This document shows positions 39,595 through 53,664 of a stretch of 64,000 nt of DNA, piece after piece; position 1 is the first letter of the stretch; each line of letters begins with the position of its first letter. The notes under the pieces were generated by a model. The model did not search any database, was not told the DNA's origin, and saw nothing but the letters and a program-made list of their open reading frames with translations. Location: contig OZ024740.1 in the NCBI GenBank assembly GCA_964016885.1, positions 100,564,001 to 100,628,000 on the forward strand, given 5' to 3'. The position numbers were made by a program, and so were the translations under genes. The DNA is from Eledone cirrhosa (Eukaryota).

Positions 39595-39964
39595 ATACTT
39601 GGGGAGGGTCATATTTGTGTAATATTGCCAGAATTAATAACAGAACACACTCACTGTTTGGTTGGTTTTCGCTTTTCGCTTCTGTGTCTTTTATATCGGT
39701 AATCTAATTTATTCGGTCCACAATGTTGCCATTGACTGACCAACGGTCAAAAATAATACAGATACAATATAGACACAAACACATATATATAGTTTATCAA
39801 AGTTTTTTCGTTGCACATATGCAACATCGTTAGTGGTGCTATTGTTTCCTCCCGTTGCATTGTATTTTCTACGCCATCTTTATTTAGTCTGTTTATATAT
39901 TTATTTATTTGTTTATTTTATTTTGACTTCTTTGCATACATATATATGCATACATACATATACA

Positions 39965-40033
<69 letters not shown>

Positions 40034-40042
40034 GTATATAAT

Positions 40043-40381
40043 ATTGAAAAAGTGAAGAATAACATAGTCAACAGTACAAAGGAGAAAATTTATTTACAGT
40101 CTAACAATTGTTTCTATGATAGAGTTTCTCTAAAAATTGCTAAACACTGAAGTTAGTGGCACAATTTAAAATGCATGCTACCTGCATCATTTCATCAGAA
40201 ACTGAGAAAAAATACTAAATATATGTGTAACGGTAAATTCATTTTAAATGTATTTTAAATTGAGTGCGACTAATATCAGTGTTTAGCAATTTTTAGACAA
40301 CTCTATCATAGAAACAATTGTTAGACTGTAATAAATTTCCTTGTTTGAACTGTTGACTATGTTATTCTTCACTTTTTCAAT
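40043..40381. repeat. Imperfect fold-back (about 130-bp arms) with a decayed HHR-like core at its centre
   Basis: ATTGAAAAAGTGAAGAATAACATAGTCAACAG...CTGTTGACTATGTTATTCTTCACTTTTTCAAT; minus-strand CTGATGA near 40195. Confidence 0.75.
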
Positions 40382-40589
40382 TTTATCACTCCAAGAGGAA
40401 TACAAGTGAAGTCATAAACTCGTCATCCACGTAAACCTCTTGTTGAGTCACACAGCACCGTACGCTTAAACTATCCATGATAAGAAGTTTTCACAACCTC
40501 TTATCGGATCACATTTAACGATATATTGTCATCATCTATATATATATATACATGGCTTAGTGGTTAGAGCATTGGCCTTGCAATCGAAA

Positions 40590-43500
40590 GGGTGGGACGG
40601 GAACTGATTTGGCTTGGTTTCTACAGCTGGATGCCCTTCCTAACACCAACCTCATTTACAGTGAGTGCTGGGTGCTTTTTCGTGGCGCCTACACGTCCAC
40701 TTTACAGTGTCGGCTGGGTGATTTTTACCGTGGCGCCTCCACGACCACCTTGCAGTGGGAGGGTGTGGGGGCATATTGTCTATATGCTTCAGCTTGTACC
40801 CATGGGAGGTCGGGTAATCTGTTTAAAGCGTGACGCCAGAGGTCACGGTCCTGTGTCATCGCCTTTCTGAGGTGTAATTAGGTAAGGTCGGCTTTTATCA
40901 CCTCATCCCAGGTCATCTTGGGTCTCCCCACTCAACGGTTTCCATCGACTTCTAGTGCTCTGCACCTTTTTATGCAGCTGTCATCCTTCATACGCATCAC
41001 ATGTCCATACCAACGCATCCGCCTCTCCTGCACACAGTATTTGATTCCTCTTATGCTCAGTCTCTCTGTCAATTCATTTATGCTTTGTCGTTCGCGTATA
41101 TTACTGTTACACATCCATCGGAGCATGCAGGCTTCGTTTCTCTCTAATCTACGTAAGTCTTCCACCTTCAGCGCCCAGGTCTCACTACCATGCAACATTG
41201 CTGTTCGGATACATGCATCATACACTCTGCCTTACATTTTGAGGGAGAAGCCTTTTGAAGATAGCAGTGGTAGTAGTTACCTGAACTTCTTCCATCCCGT
41301 TCTTACCCTAGTTATTGTACTTTCTGAACACCCACCTCCGCTGCTAATTCGGTCACCTAGGTAGCAGAAGCTGTCTACTGTCTCTACAGAGCCCTCCCAG
41401 AGATTGGTGGTACTTGTTTCCTGTGGCTGTTTGCTGTTTGCTGCTTGCTGTCCCAGTACAGCTGCTGCATGTGAAGCCTACATTCTTAATTAAGCTTCCT
41501 GAGATCCCGCTACATCTCTTGTGTACCCATTGTTTGCATTTGGGGCAGAGAATGGAGTTCCTACCTACACCTTTCCTACATACTGAGAAAGGCCATTTCT
41601 CTGAGGGGATCTGGGTTCTGTTTTCTCATCTACTTACAAGGACCTTAGTCTTTGTCATGTTGACTTTGAGACCCTTTCTTTCTAGTCCCTGATTCCAAGT
41701 TTGGAATTTCTTCTCTAGTTCTACCATAGATTCAGCTATAACTGCGAGGTCATCAGCATACAGGAGTTCCCATGGGCATCCGGTCTTAAACTCCTCCGTT
41801 ATTGCCTGCAGGACTATGATCAACAGGAGAGGGCTAAGAACAGAGCCCTGGTAGACCCCAACCTGTACGCTAAATTCCTCGCTATACTCATTGCTAATCC
41901 TAACTTTGCTGACTGCTCCCCTATACATGGCTTGTACAGCTTTCACAAGCCATTCATCTACTCCTAGTTTTCTAAGAGCCCACCAGATTACAGCACATGG
42001 AACTCTGTCAAAGGCCTTCTCCAGATCGACGAATGCCAGGTAGAGTGGCTTACTTTTAGCTAGGTACTTTTCCTGTAACTGCCTCACAAGGAAGAGGACA
42101 TCAGTGGTGCCTCTTCCTGGGACAAACCCAAATTGCATCTCATCTAGTTTCACCCGGTCCCTAATCAACTGTGCTATAACTCTTTCTGTTACTTTCATGA
42201 CCTGGTCCATCAGCTTCATACCTCTATAGTTTCCTCTATCTAGTGCATCACCTTTACCTTTGTAGCAGTTGACAATGATGCTACTGCACCAATCTTTTGG
42301 TATGACACCTTCTAGTATTACCTGGTTAACAATACGTGTGGTTATAGTGTGACCTAGCGACCCAGATGCCTTCAGCATCTCGGCAGCTATACCCGATGGA
42401 CCGGTTGCCTTCCCCATCTTCATATCTTTGATTGCCTTACTTACTACGCTGCTGCTGATCCCTCTATAGGGTCTACTTGGGGTAGGGTCTCTTCTTCCCA
42501 TGCATTCTCCTCATTTAGTAATCTATCATAATGACTCTTCCATGCATCTTTCTTCTCAGCACTTGTGAGGGCAAGCTCACCTTTATCATTCCGGATACAC
42601 TTCTCTCCAATGACATCACAATTCTCTCTGACACACTGCCTCGCAATCTTGAACACCTCCTGTTTCTGGTCCTCACGTTGCAAAACATGCTTGAATTGTC
42701 TATCCTCTGCTTCCCTCCTAGCTAAGTATACTTGTCGCCTAGCTTCCCTCTTGGTCTCTATGTAATGTACCCTGCTCCCCCCCTTCTTCCATTCTTTCCA
42801 TGCCTGTCTCTTGGCATTAACTGCCTCATCTACCTTATTGTTCCACCACCAAGTCACTCTCCTCCTGCTTGTGGTCTTACTCCAGCCACAGACCTCATCC
42901 GTCGCCTCTAGTAAGTTATTTTTTAGGAACTCCCAGTGCTCTTCTACATTGAATGTCTCTATCTGTTCTTCTCTACTGTCGTAGGCGTTGAGTAAAATAT
43001 CTTTAAATCTGTTACTGGCTGAGGGGTCTTTCAGCTTCCAGATCTTTCTTCTCCCGTTTGGCCTCTGTTTCCAGGTTCGTCTAGTTCTGACTGTGAGGTC
43101 GCTGACAACTAAGCTATGTTGGGAGGTACATGCCTCACTAGGGAAGGCTTTTGTGTTTATGACCATCCTTCTGTCACGTCCTCTGTTGAGGATAAAATCT
43201 ATCTGACTAGAATGCTCCCCTAATCTATAGGTGATCAGGTGGTTGTCATGGTTTTTGAAGTTTGTGTTACATATCGACATGTCATTGCCGTCGCAGAATT
43301 CTAGAAGTCTGAACCCTTCTTCATTTCTTGTGCCAACCCCATGGCCTCAATGGACTCTATTGAAGCCGTCACAGTGTTTACCTATGTGTCCGTTAAAATC
43401 TCCTGCGATGATTAGTAAGTCATTGTCGTTTGTTAGAGCAGTACTGTGCATTAGGGACTCGTAAAATCTATCATTAAGTTCGTCTGGCAATCCCGATTGG

Positions 43501-44580
43501 GGTGCGTAAGCTGATATTATTGTGGTCATTGTTTTATTCAGGACTAGTCTGAGTTTAAGGATTCTTGCATTTACCCTGTACACTGAGATTACTTTATCTA
43601 CCCCCTTGTCAGCTACTAGTATACCTACACCACCCATCCCATCGTCATTTCCCACCCAGAAAAATTTGTAGCACTGACTTTTTCCTACAAGGACTCTAGC
43701 AGACTCTCCTCTCCATCTTGTCTCTTGCACACAGCATACATCAATTTCCTTCCGCTCTAGCATTTCTACGATTTCTCCTGCTCTTCCTTTCATTGTGCTT
43801 ACATTGATGGTACCAACTCGGAGATTTGGGCATTTGTCGACAATCGTAGGGAAGGGTCAATTTTTGCAGGGGTGTGTGTGTGCTTCCTCTCTCTGGATTG
43901 GCGCTTCACATGGGTGCTTTGGTAGCTCGCGGATTCATATTCATTTCATCTATTAATTCAGAGTTGCTCCAATTTATTCTTAGCTCATCCATCCATACCG
44001 GTAGGAAAATTCAGGGCTATAAGAACAGTGGTGGTGGTAATAATGGCAGGGTGTGTTAGGCTGGGATGGGGGAGTAGAGAGTTAGGTAGTAGTAGTAGTA
44101 GTAGTAGAAGAAATGGCATGCTGAGGTTTGATTGGTCGAATAGGCTATGGTGGGTGGGAGGGAAATTGTGAGGTAGAGAGAGGGTCGCCGTCAAGGCTAA
44201 CAAACTAACTGATAGAATACAGCAACAATAATATTAATAACAGCCAGTCATGGCCTGTAGCCTTTGATGGAAAAATAGACAGAGACAGAGTCAGCATGGT
44301 AGGGAAAATGAGGATAACAAATTAGATGTGTTGTGGTGGCTGAAATACCTGGCCAGATTTGACTGGAACGTAGCTAAATCAACTCTAGTGATTCATTTTA
44401 GCCTTTCAGAGTAGAGTGTGTCTTATCTCTTCAATAACTTTTAGATGAGTGAGGAGGAATGGGTGAAGAGGGAACGGGAGGTAACAGATAGCTTAGAGAT
44501 GGATAGAGAGGGTCGCCGACAAGGCTAACAAATTTGTGAGGTAGAGAGAGGGTCGCCCTCAAGGCTAACAAACTAACATA
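40590..44580 (-). mobile_element. Near full-length RTE subfamily A, inactivated
   Basis: ORFs 43347-43793 (APE: CCVQETRW, GDFNGHIG), 42444-43280, 41626-42501 (YADD) and 40932-41225; long 5' region with repeats. Confidence 0.96.
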
Positions 44581-44612
44581 TTTTTCCAAACTTGTAAGGG
44601 TTACATGTGTTC

Positions 44613-44656
<44 letters not shown>

Positions 44657-44730
44657 TTTACATCAAGCTATATATATTTATATATATATGTCGTCTAACC
44701 CATGCTAGTATGTAAATGGATGTTAACTGA

Positions 44731-44800
<70 letters not shown>

Positions 44801-45079
44801 TAATCAGGATGGATTCAGTTAGAAACTGGTTTACCCATTACTCACTGGTGTACTTAGGGTAGTAGAATATGGTAATATAAATGAGTCAGGAGCCCACCGT
44901 TGCGGTCTTGACTCATTTATATATATATATATATCTAATATAGAAAAGACTTCTACAGGACTAGCACTGTTTAATTTGGAAGAAATCATTACTTACTGTG
45001 GTTACCCCCGATTGAACCCGGGATAAGCTTATATATATATTTATGAATGTACATATACATATAACAGAGCTGAACAATT

Positions 45080-46060
45080 TCAGTGAGCTTTTAAATCTGC
45101 TGGTCACAAATTATATGGTGTTTGTATTCAAACTGCTATGCTGTATGTTTGCAATACATGTGCCCAGAGTACAGAAGAATTTCAGCAGCTACAAGGAAAT
45201 GAAGTATGCATGTTTTGCTGTATTTTTAATGCTAATGTACATGAATAAGAGAGCACAACTGAATTATTGGCATGTGATGCCTTAGGAAAGCAAGAGCTGT
45301 ATAAAATGTATGCAAAGTACTTGAATTGAAAGGAATCTATGAGAGACAAAACCAAGGAGGAGATCATAAAATTGTGAAAAACTCTATGTAACTGAGCTTC
45401 CTGAAAGAGATGAAATAGAACCAAGCAAACCCATCCACTATTGCAAGCACTGTAATACTTAAAGTAACTGTAGGGAAACACTGGCAGCTATAGTGCTGGT
45501 GATTGAACTAAGACAATATAGAGCTTGAAATAACTTTTCATGGTGGATGTAACCATGAAAAGTTATTTCTATAGTGCTGGTGCCATAACAAAATGTACCA
45601 AGTACAACCTGTAAAGGCTAAGAGAAAAGATCAACTTTGCAAGTGGCAGAAGTACAGGAATAACGAGCAGTAAGTGCAGAAGGGAAATATAACTTTTGCC
45701 ATCCCAGGAAGGTACTATAGCGTTTGGTGATAACGTTTGTCACTTAAGTGGGCTAATTAACTTTGGAAGAGGCTGCCCTGAAATATAGTGACTAGAATAT
45801 GATAGTGTGGAAAAAGTTCAGGGAGCTACTACCTCTGTTGAAAATAAAGGGGTTTTATTAACGAGTGAAAGGTATATTGAATTATGCCTCTAACAGAAAT
45901 GTGAAGTGGCATAGCAGTGAAACATGGGCAGAAGACATGTGGATGTTGTAGAGAAACGAAGCAAGCATGCTCCATTGGTTGTGTAATGATAGTGTGTGGA
46001 TAAACTGAGAGGAAACCTGAGTATATAAGCAATTAGATATAGTGTGCAAAAATGAAGAGT
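45080..46060 (+). mobile_element. Old decayed RTE fragments
   Basis: LYGVCIQTAMLY-like, WKKFRELLPLL and RNEASML remnants. Confidence 0.7.
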
Positions 46061-46061
46061 G

Positions 46062-48517
46062 TGTAGTGACCTACATTCCGTGGGCTCACATACATTCTCT
46101 GTGCGTGATTTGGCTCAGCTCAGCCAATCAGCGCCAGGAGAAGAGGATGTATCCCTACGCGTTCTGAGGAAACTAAGACTCGCAGCTTGACCATGCTAAG
46201 GTAAACACCACTTGTTCTCCGTAAGCACAAACAATATGTAACGACACAACAATTTTACTACGGACCTGGCCAGTCGACCGTATTTTCTCTTGTAATCTTA
46301 ATTGAATTATTTCATTATGCTTGGCATGCCAACTTAATTCACTTCTTAACCTTTGTTAATAAATTATGTAAAAACAAGCTAAAGTCGTTGTCGATATTCC
46401 TATCATATCTTTCTACCAAAGGTGGTTCTTCGTGGCAACCTTACAACTCTCTAAACATAATTCTCTGCTAAATTGGTGACCCTCGACGATTAAGTATGAA
46501 AACGCAGCCTATTTGAATTCGCCATTCGTTTTAATGGCTATGTGGAGTGGCTTAATATTTGGAGTGTTCGAATCGGGTAGCTAGACTCACTTAGCGTAAG
46601 TCCATAAAATTCATAATATTCAATTTGTTGAAGCACGCGGCCTGCACAATATTTCTGTCATAACTTTCATGGTAACACTAGTAACTCACGCATACAGACG
46701 AACACAAAAAAAAATTAAAAAAAAAAAAGATTTCTCTCGATGTGGAATTTTGCTTTCGGCGTTCTGTTGAAATTACAAATGGAGACTCAGAAATTTTGTT
46801 TTCCCGCGTCCAGCTTGTCTTCTCCAATCCCAGCCGTCTGATTGGCTGCATCGTGCCACATGACGGCTTCTTCATCACAGACGCATTTTTCAATCGGCCA
46901 TCTTGGATTTTCTTGCCGAATAATTTTCATGGAAAATAATTTTTTTTTATTATTCAAATTTTCTTTAGAATATTTTAGAAAAAAAGAAAAAATTAGCAGT
47001 ATTTCAAAAACTTTACGCCACGAGGAAATTTCAAAACGGCTACCACCAAGTACCAGCCATCAGCAGCAACACATGGCTAACTATTAACCAACACCAGGGA
47101 ACGGCTTGTAACTTTACCGACGCAACCACCATACCTTCTGTCTCGTTACCACAAGGACTCGAGAAATTAAGACATTAGTTTTCTCACCATTATGGCGTCA
47201 GAGGTGGCTGCCATATTGGTGACTCTGGGTTCTTCAACGCTAGACTTCGACTCTAGAGAAGATTCATTGTGACTTTGCTTTAACAACAACAACTCTACTA
47301 GCTCCCTAGTAAGAGCGTTCCCAAAGAAAAAAGAAGCGAACTTTTTGTTAAAAGAAAAGAAACAATTCTTTCTTTCTTCCTTTTTTTTTTTCAGGCATTT
47401 ATTTTGGACATTTATTTTTTTTTTAAACTGTATTATATGAAAATTCATTTCTCTCTATCATTGTATATGTGACTGCACGCACATATTTTCTTTACTGTAT
47501 TACATGCCTGCATATATACACACACACCAACATGTTGTTATCTATAGTAGGTGATCTTCAAGCGTCGTAATATTCTGCGAGATCCCTTTTCACCTTCTGG
47601 AGGTACCAAAACATGCTAGCGACACTTGCAGCTTATTCACCTGCACTGCAACACGAGAATGCTAATTGCAGCTGAACTCAAACAGTTTCGCATCTCGTTG
47701 CTCATTCATCGTCCATAACAACCTCTATCTTGTTATCTTACCCAACTCACCGGGAAAACAACAAATAGAACTGGACTTGTCAGCTTTTATACCACTTCTG
47801 TGGATTCGCCCGAATTATGGAACTGCAACCCACCTACAGATTCAACTTGCTTTTTTTTTCTTTTCAAAGCAACCAGCCATTTTTCCTGGCTCCCTAGCAC
47901 ATTCGGCAATACATCTGGGAGGCCAACCTTTTCTCGCCTACCCATCATCTTCTTGCCAGCACTGGTAAACTACCATAATAGCTTCGTCCACAGCTACTGG
48001 TACAACACTTACCATTAACATTTAATGCAAGAACAGCAACTTCGCCCATGTTAGACTTTATCAGTTTTCTGTTAGACTTTTGGTGGTCACGTATAAACTA
48101 CAAAACAGCTAGTCATTTGACAGCGGCTCAACACGGCCCGTAGCGCCTCATTCTTTTTTCTTGCATGCATCTTTCTGCTCAATTATCTTTTCACTGATGT
48201 GCTCTTTCAGCATTTGTTCTTGCTGATTCAATAATCTGTATCGACTCTCGTCTAGAAGGTGGGGGTAAACTGTACCTTGTGGGTCCTTGGCTTCATCGTT
48301 AACGATTTTCGGCTAAAAATCTGCTCGGAGGTGATGTAGTGACTTACATTCCGCGGGCTCAGATACATTCTCTGTGTGTGATTTGGCTTAGCTCAGCCAA
48401 TCAGCGCCAGGCGAAGAGGATGTATCCCTACGCGTTCTGAGGGAGATATAGCCCGCGAAGATTTGAGGAAACTAAGACTTGCAGATTGACTATGCTAAGG
48501 TAAACACCACTTGTTCT
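46062..48517 (+). mobile_element. Non-autonomous Gypsy-type LTR element 2, 3' LTR truncated
   Basis: 5' LTR 46062-46472 (TGTAGTG); PBS TGGTGACCC(T)CGACG at 46474; LTR start repeated directly at 48335-48517; no pol. Confidence 0.85.
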
Positions 48518-48529
48518 TTTGCTCCGTTC

Positions 48530-48720
48530 AGGGTCTATCCCTGGGTCTTCTGCCAATTGGTTTTACTCATAAAATCTGTCCAGCAAATCTTTCCTGAGAC
48601 ATTCTAACCACATGTCCATAGTCTCGGAACTGTGATCTCTCAATTCTGAGAAGTAGTGACTGTCTGATCTCCAAGCTATGCACTCTATTGAGTATTTTTA
48701 CTCCAAAGTCCCTCGTCACA
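48530..48720 (-). mobile_element. Decayed RTE C-terminal fragment (different family)
   Basis: LLLRIERSQFRDYGHVVRM. Confidence 0.7.
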
Positions 48721-49729
48721 GTTTTTCTACTAGAGAACAGGTCACAGGTGATAAAAGGTGATACAGCCATCAGATATGATGGCAACTAGGGGTGATAGTG
48801 CAATGTGTGACACCTGTAGCTCCCAAGAAAACTCTCATAACCCAGTGATGTAGTTATGGCATGGCGAGTAAAGGCTGCTTCTAAAAAAGCCTAGTCTTCA
48901 CAGGTTTGACAAAGTACCAGATTGGTGACTAGTGTGAAGAAGACCACTGAAACTGCAACTGCAATATGGTGAGGAAAACAAAAAGGAACCATACTGTATC
49001 ATCGTTCACATGAGTTAACAGGGTAGAGGGGCCTGTTCAAAAAAATATTGCAGTTTCTATTTCATGCCACAGAAACTGGTGATAGGCCTGTGACCTGTCC
49101 TGGGAGGCATGGGATAGATACACAAAGATTGTGTTGGTCATCTACACAGCAAATGCACTCAGCACAATCTATATAATACAAATATATAATCTTGCTCTGA
49201 CTGTTTTAAGTTATGATCCTGTAACAGTCATGTCAGGGACCATGTAAAAATCATGAAACAATAGTGTTTGGCATTCTTGCATGACCTCCGAGATAGCTGT
49301 GGCATGATCATATATTAAAACGTTCAAAATCATATTTAGAATATATACTCGTGTATCAGCTAGAGAAATATGACAGAAAAAAATTGAAGAGAAAATGTGG
49401 ATGGGGATTGATTTACATTTAAATCGAATTTTTTACTATTTTCTCCAACTTCAACATTCATTTAGAAAAGGTACCAAAATATTTGGAATGTACGGATATT
49501 TCAATATTTTCTGTGAGTGAAAATAGCAATATTTTATAAACTTTTATACTTGTAATGCACACATTTAGAAGATATATTTGAAGTTGCAAGGAAATAAACA
49601 TTGGCAGCAGTACACAGCAGCTATGTACACATACTTATATATACATATACACACACACATACATGTATATACGCAGAGGCACACACACATATATATATAT
49701 ATATACACACACACACAGATGATGTAAAG

Positions 49730-50830
49730 ACAGTGTACTGACCCACATGACTTTGTTTCCTCATAACTTTCTAAATGATGTATATATACATTTATTTTTT
49801 TCTTGTTAATGAGAATGGCCTCTTTGATTCTTAAATTACCCTGATTCCTTTCCATTGTCTCCATGGTGGGTAACCTCAATGTCCTAGCTGTGGCATGTGT
49901 GAATTTAGTTTTTGACAGAAGTTCTGGTTGTTATATATATCCTTAACCATATGTGCAGCATCTGGGCAGCACATTTGATGTATGAGGAGCTAGATTTTTT
50001 ACTTGTGACTTTGTAGACCACACATGCTCCCTTGCACACTTCTATGTAGTTGATGGCACAATTAGAAAGTGTGTACATATCATTATATATAGGTCGGTGT
50101 CTGTAGAGTAGTTTCCTCAATGAAGATCCTGAGTGTGCCAGATGTATATTCAGGCCATCTCTACAAATGGTCTTTTTTATGGCAGCATTCATTTTCTCAT
50201 TGAAATGCACACAGCTTTAGGTAGCATATGTTATTTCTAGAGGCTTCCTTGTTCTTTTAAATGTTGCAGCCTTGGCATTTTGGTGTTTGGTGAGAGAAGT
50301 AGGGAAGTCATTTTCTGTGAGAACTTTCTGAAATTCCACCATGCTGTTATGTTTTACGTTACCCTTGTGCATCTGGGAGATCTCATTCTGTATATAGGCC
50401 ATTTTTGCTCTGAAGGGAAGGGTAGAATTATGATGCATAAAATTGTCTCTGCAGGCATCCTTCTTGTAATACCTGGGATATATGGTTCCCTCCTCTGTAG
50501 CTATTAGTGTAAAGTTGAGAAGAGAGGTGGGAATTCAGTAATGTCTAGGGCCTCAAACTCAAAATTCACATGTAAATCTATATTTTAGAAGATATTGTAA
50601 GTCTTGACAGCTACTTCACAGGATGGAGTATGCATAAGGATATCACCTAAGTACTTGGAAAAGAAGGAGCAAGAGTGGCATATGGTGAATTCTATGTGCC
50701 CCAATTCTATGTACATGAGGGTCAGCAGGCCTGAGTGACTGGGTCCCATCGGAAATCCTGAAATTTCTTTGTAGTCTGAGTCTTCAAACTGGAAAAAGGT
50801 ATTATATGTGAAGCTAGAGAGCATGTGGGT
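49730..50830 (-). mobile_element. Decayed PLE (RT and GIY-YIG)
   Basis: YKEISGFPMGPSHSG, KYLGDI, CVVYKVT...SYI, NLRIKEAILI; half HHR ATGAG-GAAACAAAGTC near 49750. Confidence 0.82.
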
Positions 50831-51959
50831 AATTTAATAAACGAGGCCATTTTCATCAACAACAAAAAAATCACAGATAAATAATAGATTGCAAATGCAT
50901 GAAGTAGATTGGTTACTATAACAACTCCATGCATGATTATTTCAGACACATAGAGCAGTTAAAGAGCACATCTATCATTCATTTTTGTTTTGAACCATTT
51001 TCATTTTATACTTGAAAATAGGGCAATAGCCCTGAAATATCATGTTGAAATGTGCTGGGTAAAACTTTTGTTTTGTTTTATTTGTTATCATTTACCTTTT
51101 ATATATTTCTTCCGCATTGTACCAGCTTTTTGAAACTTGTCAGTCATTTATTACATAATGTAAGATACTTCTTTCACAGACTTCATACCATTTACTATTG
51201 AAACTAAGCCATAGAAGGAGTATACATTTCACTTTAATTTTCATTTCATATTAAATTTGAGGCATATCATAACAAATTTAGACTCTACAATAAACAGAAA
51301 TAGTCTATGCTAAATTGGGAAAGAAAAACTGGCTAAAATCTCTATAAATATAGATTTTTCTATATAAAGAACTTTCATTACAGCAGTACAAACTGAACAT
51401 AATTATTTGAAGTAGTTTAACTTACACACTCCAGATGAATTGATATGAATTTAAACATTTTTCAAAGGAAAATATAAAAAAAGTTTTTAAAATGTTGATA
51501 TATATGTATGTATATGTATGTGTAAATATATATATATATTTGTGGGATATTTGTCTAAGCTGGAACATTTAGAAGACTATTTAGTAAATATTTCAATAAT
51601 ATTTACCTAGTTATCTCTGTTTTCAATTTGCACTTGAGATGATAAGGAACAGATGTATTAATCCTTCGGCAAGTTTTCACTTATATCTCTAAGTTATCAA
51701 TTCACTCCACTATATATTTGATGAGGTTCATATTAGATCGGATAAGCAACAGAGTTACTGATTCCTGGAGCAGGGTTTAACCCTTTAGTTACCAATCTGG
51801 CCAAAACAGACTCTGGTTCTATGAAATAAAGCCATCCATTTCAAAAGTTTCCAATTTAAATTAAAATCTTCCAACATGATTTTATATAAAAACCTTACAT
51901 TAAGTTACTATCTTAGTAATGAAATAATTAATATTAGTGATTAATTCAGTAAATCCCTC

Positions 51960-52105
51960 TGGCAGTATCGGTAGAGAGTCAGACACCATGCTTTGCAGCA
52001 TAGTTACGGCGCTTTACAGTCTGAGTTCATATCGGGGTTGATAAAATAAAGTACCAGTAATGTACTGGGATAATTGCTGGCCTTGTGCCAAAAGTAGAAA
52101 CAATT
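51960..52105 (+). mobile_element. S1 SINE, internally deleted
   Basis: Head and tail match 19414-19603. Confidence 0.85.
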
Positions 52106-53009
52106 ACTTAATTTAGATAGCATGTACTTCATTTGAAATGCAGTCATGAAATTGTTAACTTACACATTTATATTTTAATTTCACTTCTTTAACTTTTATA
52201 ACTTAGCATCTATGGCATTTTCTGGGCCTCCAAAACTCCTTGGAGGAAGAAATGGAGGAAATCATTCTTACATTGGAAACCTGGCTCAGATGTTTGCTGC
52301 AGAATGGAATTCACCCAAGGCACCTAAATTCAGGTTGTGATGTTAAATTGGATGCAGATTAAATCCACTACACCATGTGCTTTATAAGAGAGGTGTCATA
52401 TACCTCACATATCATTTATTTTGCAAAAGTACAACAGTATTGCAGAGTATATGATGCATATAGAAGCAAACTGTAGCTATACATTTTGCAGCTATTTACA
52501 TTATGAGTGACTATGTTGGTGAGAGTTAATCATCTTTGTGCGAAGACAATTATATTAGAGACAGTTATATAAACTATTGACTGCCATTGCATTAGAAATG
52601 ATCTGACAAAGAGAATATCTTTATTATCTCCTGGCCTCCATGGAATTGCAGCCATATCTCCCTCATGCTGTATCACAATTTATGAATAATCATGTCATTG
52701 TTTACAAAATTTTGATGGGTCAATTACTAGTTCTCTGAATTTCTGATGTTGAGAATGAAGAGGAGAGTCACCATTTTATTATTTTCCTTTTTGCTTTCTC
52801 ACCTATTTTTATAATCTTCTCCAATATTTATCAGTGAATGGTATACAGATTTGTACATCCAAACATATATGTATATGTACATGCTAGCATGGAAGAATGG
52901 ACGTAAAACAGTGATTATGATGACTCTGCCTCGAAAACTCACATTGGTACCATGTCCTGTAATCTAGAAAATTGCTAAATAACCTACATATATATATATG
53001 TATAAAAAA

Positions 53010-53470
53010 GTGCAGGGCAATGAAAATTGATGGTAGCTGCAGAGGGACGAGGTGATAAAAACTGACCTTGCTCACCTACACTCTAAGACAATGACACTGG
53101 ATCAAGTCGTTTGGCACCATGCAGTTGTACAGATGACCCGACTGCCATTGCACACAAACCTACAGTCAGTAGGCACCTCTTAACTCAATGTACACCCCAC
53201 TGCCACACCCCACCCTCTCCCGTCCCATCCACTGTGTCGATGACACAACAGTCCACACTGTATGGTGGCCATGTAGGAGACACGGTGAAAAGGCTCTCAG
53301 TTCACACTGTAACTGTGGTTGGTGTTAGGAAGGGCATCCAGCTGTAAAAAAAAACCTGCCAGAGACGCTTCTGTGCGAGCGAGACATGGTATCCCAACCA
53401 GTCCTGCATCAAATGAAACAAAACTGCCTAACACATGCTAGCGTGGAAGATGGACGTTAAACGATGATGA
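53010..53470 (+). mobile_element. RTE subfamily C 3' end
   Basis: Matches about 7140-7680 and, inverted, about 14762-15260. Confidence 0.85.
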
Positions 53471-53664
53471 TATATATATATATATATTAGTGTATTGGTA
53501 TGTAATGTTTAGTTACTGATGATTTACCAGCTTGAGCACTCAATGCTAATAAGTGGGTCCGGCAACCAATGTGGGATTCTATGTTTGGTACTTCACCATT
53601 ATCATTATACCTTAAAAAAAACTGTTGATAATAACTATATGGAGCAGGAATGAAGTATGAATAT

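Noticed and set aside
38625-39707. Long Y/I/H/M/C-rich ORFs (also near 4344-4668, 8657-9057 and 16277-16574)
   Set aside because: Translations of stop-free microsatellites
43850-44580. HDV-like ribozyme at the RTE 5' end
   Set aside because: No nested double pseudoknot could be built by eye
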